From: Puniceicoccales bacterium
Lineage (GTDB): Bacteria; Verrucomicrobiota; Verrucomicrobiia; Opitutales; JAIRLG01
Reading direction: 5' to 3'
Length of the DNA: 9,022 nt
Assembly (NCBI GenBank): GCA_031288595.1
Contig: JAITRB010000009.1
Location: forward strand, 1 to 9,022
Part shown: positions 5,902 through 9,022 of the stretch, piece by piece
Layout: each line of letters opens with the position of its first letter
How positions within the stretch are numbered: position 1 is the first letter of the stretch
The notes under the pieces: generated by a model
Seen by the model: only the letters and a program-made list of their open reading frames with translations
Database searches by the model: none
What the model was told of the DNA's origin: nothing
Program-made: the position numbers and the translations under genes

Positions 5902-6351
5902 ATGTATTGGCATCAGTATGGCTGCTGTGCTTTGGCCCTCCTCTGGTCATCGGGACTCGGAGCGGAACGCTTGTATCCGAAGTGGCGGACCCTAGTAATC
6001 CATGACTACCAGTCGCGCCTACCGATCAGCCCGACCCTCAGCGACGAATTGGTCGGGATACTCCGCCAGCTGAAGCCCCGGGGACGAAGTTCGCAGGACT
6101 ACTGGCTCTTCGATGCTTACGGTCATCCGATGATCGCGCTGGATCTCAGCCGATTTCCACTACCCAGGGACGGACTCGGGAGCTTGCTCGGCCGGCGGGT
6201 GCGGCTTCGCGGCGAGCGGATGGAGTCCCTATCCATGTTGAGGGTCGCCTTCATCCAACGGGAAGAGGATGAAATTCCTTCCGTTCCGAACAAGAGCAGA
6301 CCTTTGGGTGCATGCAAGCCTCCTTCTCCCACGTCGCCCTCCGGACATTGA
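5902..6351 (+). CDS. Hypothetical small protein with an N-terminal signal-peptide-like segment
   Basis: 149-aa ORF with a hydrophobic N-terminus CCALALLWSSGLGA|E and mostly G/C third positions. I recognise no family. The 3' end overlaps the next CDS by 40 nt. Confidence 0.45.
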   Translation: MYWHQYGCCALALLWSSGLGAERLYPKWRTLVIHDYQSRLPISPTLSDELVGILRQLKPRGRSSQDYWLFDAYGHPMIALDLSRFPLPRDGLGSLLGRRVRLRGERMESLSMLRVAFIQREEDEIPSVPNKSRPLGACKPPSPTSPSGH

Positions 6352-7364
6352 GCCATGTCCTGCCGCCGGAGATCAAGACCTCGGCAGCACTGGAGGAGGA
6401 ACTAGCCGAAACTTACCGGCGCTTCCATCTCTCGGCGGGGCGCCTGGAGCTGATGAGCGGTATCCGCGAGCGTCGCCTCTGGCCGCCCGGGATGCTCGCT
6501 TCGCAAGCGAGCGGCTGCGCCGCTCAGGCCCTTTTCAAGGGCCATCCCGGGCTGGCCCGGGACGAAATCGACCTCTTGATCCACGCCGCCGTCTGCCGTG
6601 ACCGCCTGGAGCCCGCCACTGCCTCCTACGTCCATAAGCTCCTCTCGCTTTCTCCTCAGGCCCAAGCCTTCGATCTATCCAATGCCTGTCTGGGGGTGCT
6701 CAATGCCCTGTGGCTGGCGGCCAGCCAGATTGAAAGTGGGCAGATCCGATCAGCCCTCATCGTTTCCGGCGAGAACAGCCGACCGCTGCTGGAATCGACG
6801 CTGCGGGAATCGAGGAGCCTCTCCCTCGACCGGCAGCAGTTCAAGCGCCTTTTTGCCAACCTGAGCCTCGGCTCCGGGGCCGTCGCCCTGCTCCTGTCTC
6901 CCTGCTCCGCCGCACCGGAGGCCCCCCGTCTCGTCGCCGCCTCCGCCCTGGCGGACACCGAGGCCTGCCGGCTCTGCGAGGGTGGGGTAGCCGCAGATGC
7001 CTCCTGGCAGATGCTGACTGAATCCGAGGCCCTGCTGCAGGCTGGCATCGACCTGGCCCGACGCAACTGGCACAATTTTCTCCGGCTGACCCGCTGGGAA
7101 CCCAGCACCATCCAGCACTTTCTCACCCACCAGGTAGGCCAACGCCACCGGACCTTGCTCTATGGAGCCCTCGGGCTGGAAATTTCAAAGGATTTCTCGA
7201 CCTTTCCCTTCCTGGGCAATACCGGTTCCTCCGCGCTGCCCATGACTCTCTCCATCGCGTGGGAACAAGGGCGCTTCCATCCCGGAGATCGCGTAGCGCT
7301 TCTCGGCATTGGCAGCGGATTGCATTCCATAATCCTGGGTCTCGAGTTTCCGCAGCTCCCGTAA
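6312..7364 (+). CDS. 3-oxoacyl-ACP synthase III (KAS III / FabH-like, thiolase-fold condensing enzyme) family protein
   Basis: 350 aa. Catalytic-triad contexts typical of KAS III: FDLSNACLG (Cys), FLTHQVG (His) and GNTGSSALPMTL (Asn), plus SGIRERR near the N-terminus. The HQVG/ACLG variants suggest a FabH paralogue rather than housekeeping FabH. Confidence 0.85.
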   Translation: MQASFSHVALRTLSHVLPPEIKTSAALEEELAETYRRFHLSAGRLELMSGIRERRLWPPGMLASQASGCAAQALFKGHPGLARDEIDLLIHAAVCRDRLEPATASYVHKLLSLSPQAQAFDLSNACLGVLNALWLAASQIESGQIRSALIVSGENSRPLLESTLRESRSLSLDRQQFKRLFANLSLGSGAVALLLSPCSAAPEAPRLVAASALADTEACRLCEGGVAADASWQMLTESEALLQAGIDLARRNWHNFLRLTRWEPSTIQHFLTHQVGQRHRTLLYGALGLEISKDFSTFPFLGNTGSSALPMTLSIAWEQGRFHPGDRVALLGIGSGLHSIILGLEFPQLP

Positions 7365-7382
7365 AAGCACCGAAAATTCGGT
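7362..7382 (-). terminator. Weak candidate intrinsic terminator downstream of tRNA-Pro (minus strand)
   Basis: On the minus strand, hairpin ACCGA-ATTT-TCGGT (7369-7382) is followed by GCTTTTAC. The stem is only 5 bp, and the T-tract overlaps the KAS III stop codon. Confidence 0.3.
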
Positions 7383-7412
7383 ATTCCTCCCATCATTTTC
7401 ACAAAAATTTCC

Positions 7413-7489
7413 TGGTCGGGATGACTGGATTCGAACCAGCGACATCTACGTCCCGAACGTAGCGCTCTGCCAGGCTGAGCTACATCCCG
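7413..7489 (-). tRNA. tRNA-Pro (anticodon CGG), CCA encoded
   Basis: Reverse complement: CGGGATGTAGCTCAGCCTGGCAGAGCGCTACGTTCGGGACGTAGATGTCGCTGGTTCGAATCCAGTCATCCCGACCA. Acceptor stem CGGGATG/CATCCCG, anticodon stem CTACG/CGTAG with loop TTCGGGA, T-loop TTCGAAT. Confidence 0.92.
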
Positions 7490-7508
7490 CGCATGGATAT
7501 GAACGGCC

Positions 7509-7594
7509 TGGTGCCCAGGGCGGGACTCGAACCCGCACGTCCTTACGGACAAAGGATTTTAAGTCCTCAGCGTCTACCATTCCGCCACCAGGGC
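7509..7594 (-). tRNA. tRNA-Leu (anticodon UAA), long variable arm, CCA encoded
   Basis: Reverse complement: GCCCTGGTGGCGGAATGGTAGACGCTGAGGACTTAAAATCCTTTGTCCGTAAGGACGTGCGGGTTCGAGTCCCGCCCTGGGCACCA. Anticodon loop CTTAAAA, 15-nt variable arm, T-arm GCGGG-TTCGAGT-CCCGC. The acceptor stem has one U5:U68 mismatch. Confidence 0.9.
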
Positions 7595-8142
7595 AAAGCC
7601 ACTCGGCTCCGCATCCTGCGCTTTTCCCCATCCTGACAAGCCTTTTCGCGGCCATCGCCTGCAAGGGATATCCCATCGATTTTGCGAAACAGCGGCCGAG
7701 GAGATTTCCCTCAGCGGCCTTCAGCGGCTGAGTCCTTGCTCAGAAGCCGTCGATACGGTAAATGCTGGCACGCATGCCGTGATCCACGCATGAAAGTCCT
7801 CATCTTCCATCTATCCGGTGGGCCAAGCGCTCCTCTATCCGGGCATATCCATCGAAAAACAGGGGTTCATCATCAGGCCCCCCAGAGGCAGGTTCGCTGA
7901 TCGCCGAATGTTCCGTGAATCCCGATAGGAGTGCTCTGCTGCCCATCCGGCTCTTTTTTCCTCTCAATCCCTTGCCGATGGGATTCCTCTTTTGCTACCC
8001 CGCAAGCGCAGGCATAGTCCCCATTATACCCCGGGCAGAGTCCAGGCATGAAACCATTTTTGAGAGAATTTGCATATAGGTGAGCTATAGCTGATGGCCT
8101 CCTCTATAGGCGCATCTTCCTCTTCCACAGGCACACTTCCCT

Positions 8143-8571
8143 TCACAGGCCTATCTCTCCCCAATTTTCTTGATACACTCGACTTCCAGCTGAACCACAT
8201 CCAAGACGATGCACTTGTGCCTCATCCGCAGGCTTACAGAAGGCATCCGCCCTCATCAAATCCGCATCAGCTACCCGCTGTTGTTCCGCTACCATCAATG
8301 CTCTTCCCCGGTAGGCAACTGCCTCCGAATAAGGGCGAGACTCAGCTCCCAAACCCAGGGAATGGATGAGAGCGCAGAGGACGGCCTGGGGATAGTCCTC
8401 TCTCGGGCGATTTAAACTATCGGGAGATAGCCTAACCCATTCACAAGAGCCTTCGAATCCTTCTGCTGAGTCTCGGGCGGAAACGGCGAAAGGAAGGGCC
8501 CCTTTGCCGAACCGAGACGCCTCGTCATAGAGAGGGGCCAAGGCCTCGGGCTGCCGGAGGAGAATCGCCAC
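8143..8571 (-). CDS. Hypothetical protein (GTG start)
   Basis: 142-codon ORF with a protein-like composition and GC-rich third positions in its first half. I recognise no family. The antisense ORF 8094-8369 is low-complexity and less plausible. Confidence 0.4.
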   Translation of the reverse strand: MAILLRQPEALAPLYDEASRFGKGALPFAVSARDSAEGFEGSCEWVRLSPDSLNRPREDYPQAVLCALIHSLGLGAESRPYSEAVAYRGRALMVAEQQRVADADLMRADAFCKPADEAQVHRLGCGSAGSRVYQENWGEIGL

Positions 8572-8621
8572 CGGAATGGGATCCTTCAGCGGAGTGCAGG
8601 AAGAGTAGGGACAGGGTCATC

Positions 8622-8849
8622 CTATTCCAAAGGATAGAAGTGGAAGTCCAGCAGGACCAGGCGGGCTGAAAGGTCGGCATCGATCCCATTGCCGGTATTT
8701 TCGGCATTCAGGTCTTCCGGCAGCAGCCGACACCAGGCCGTTTTCGGAAATTCCACACGGCGCCGGTAGCGCTCCAGCATTCGGGCCGCCGCAGCTCTTG
8801 CGCCCAGCTCACGGTCCTTCTGTTCCGCCTCGTAGGGGAGGAGCGACAA
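8622..8849 (-). CDS. Hypothetical small protein (TTG start), or the 5' fragment of a disrupted gene
   Basis: 75-codon ORF ending 50 nt upstream of the 8571 ORF, in a different frame. Its frame is open back to a TAA at 8934-8936, but no ATG/GTG lies upstream of the TTG. Confidence 0.3.
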   Translation of the reverse strand: MSLLPYEAEQKDRELGARAAAARMLERYRRRVEFPKTAWCRLLPEDLNAENTGNGIDADLSARLVLLDFHFYPLE

Positions 8850-9022
8850 AACATGCCTTTTAAACGAACGAACTCCCGGAAGGAAGCGCGCATCCCGGGT
8901 TATCTCGATATTCGGGGCTCCCTTGTTAGGAAATTAGTCCTCGCCATCTGTAAACCGAGTAGGTCTCCCCAATACAAGGATATACCAGCAGCTTACCTTC
9001 CCCAGTTCGAACTGATGGACTC

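Noticed and set aside
6402-7148. Antisense and alternative-frame ORFs within the KAS III gene (6656-7126 minus, 6750-7148 minus, 6598-6864 plus)
   Set aside because: They are nested in a CDS with a complete Cys-His-Asn triad context. They are GC-bias artefacts.
7413-7594. tRNA genes as an integration site for a genomic island
   Set aside because: The lower-GC DNA lies on the 5' side of the minus-strand tRNAs rather than the usual 3' side. I saw no integrase gene and no direct repeat of a tRNA 3' end in the window.
7160-7676. ORFs 7160-7552 minus, 7185-7445 minus, 7259-7462 plus and 7446-7676 minus
   Set aside because: They run through the two tRNA genes and the KAS III 3' end. The tRNA cloverleaves explain this sequence.
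8094-8369. 91-aa plus-strand ORF antisense to 8143-8571
   Set aside because: It has a low-complexity Ser/Pro-rich translation. The minus-strand frame looks more protein-like, although neither is certain.
8926-9022. Minus-strand frame open from the window edge to TAA at 8926-8928 (…GEGKLLVYPCIGETYSVYRWRGLIS*), possibly the 3' end of a gene
   Set aside because: Only 31 codons are visible and no motif is recognisable, so it cannot be supported from this window alone.

Overview
GC-rich (roughly 60% or more by eye) bacterial chromosomal segment. From left to right it holds: the 3' part of a stand-alone 5'-3' exonuclease (1-744, +); a long + strand ORF (1051-3702) for a signal-peptide-bearing protein with a PI3K/PI4K-like catalytic-loop signature, whose frame formally runs on across the next genes; rpmI (3384-3578), rplT (3648-4031) and pheS (4175-5521, with an apparent ~100-aa N-terminal extension), with no infC upstream and no pheT downstream; a small putative exported protein (5902-6351) overlapping a KAS III/FabH-family condensing enzyme (6312-7364); tRNA-Leu(UAA) and tRNA-Pro(CGG) on the minus strand (7413-7594); then a lower-GC, ORF-poor stretch and two small minus-strand hypothetical ORFs. 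The most unusual signal is non-coding. Three intergenic ~100-110-nt elements (851-951, 3206-3312, 5629-5737) and a fragment (776-800) each fold into the same closed four-way junction: a 12-13-bp outer stem enclosing a long, a medium and a short hairpin. Differences between copies are mirrored on both arms of each stem. This looks like an undescribed structured repeat family (a MITE/REP-like DNA element or a structured RNA), and one copy sits directly upstream of rpmI next to a G-quadruplex motif. Many long overlapping ORFs in the track are GC-rich artefacts. No CRISPR array, rRNA, transposase or integrase gene is visible.
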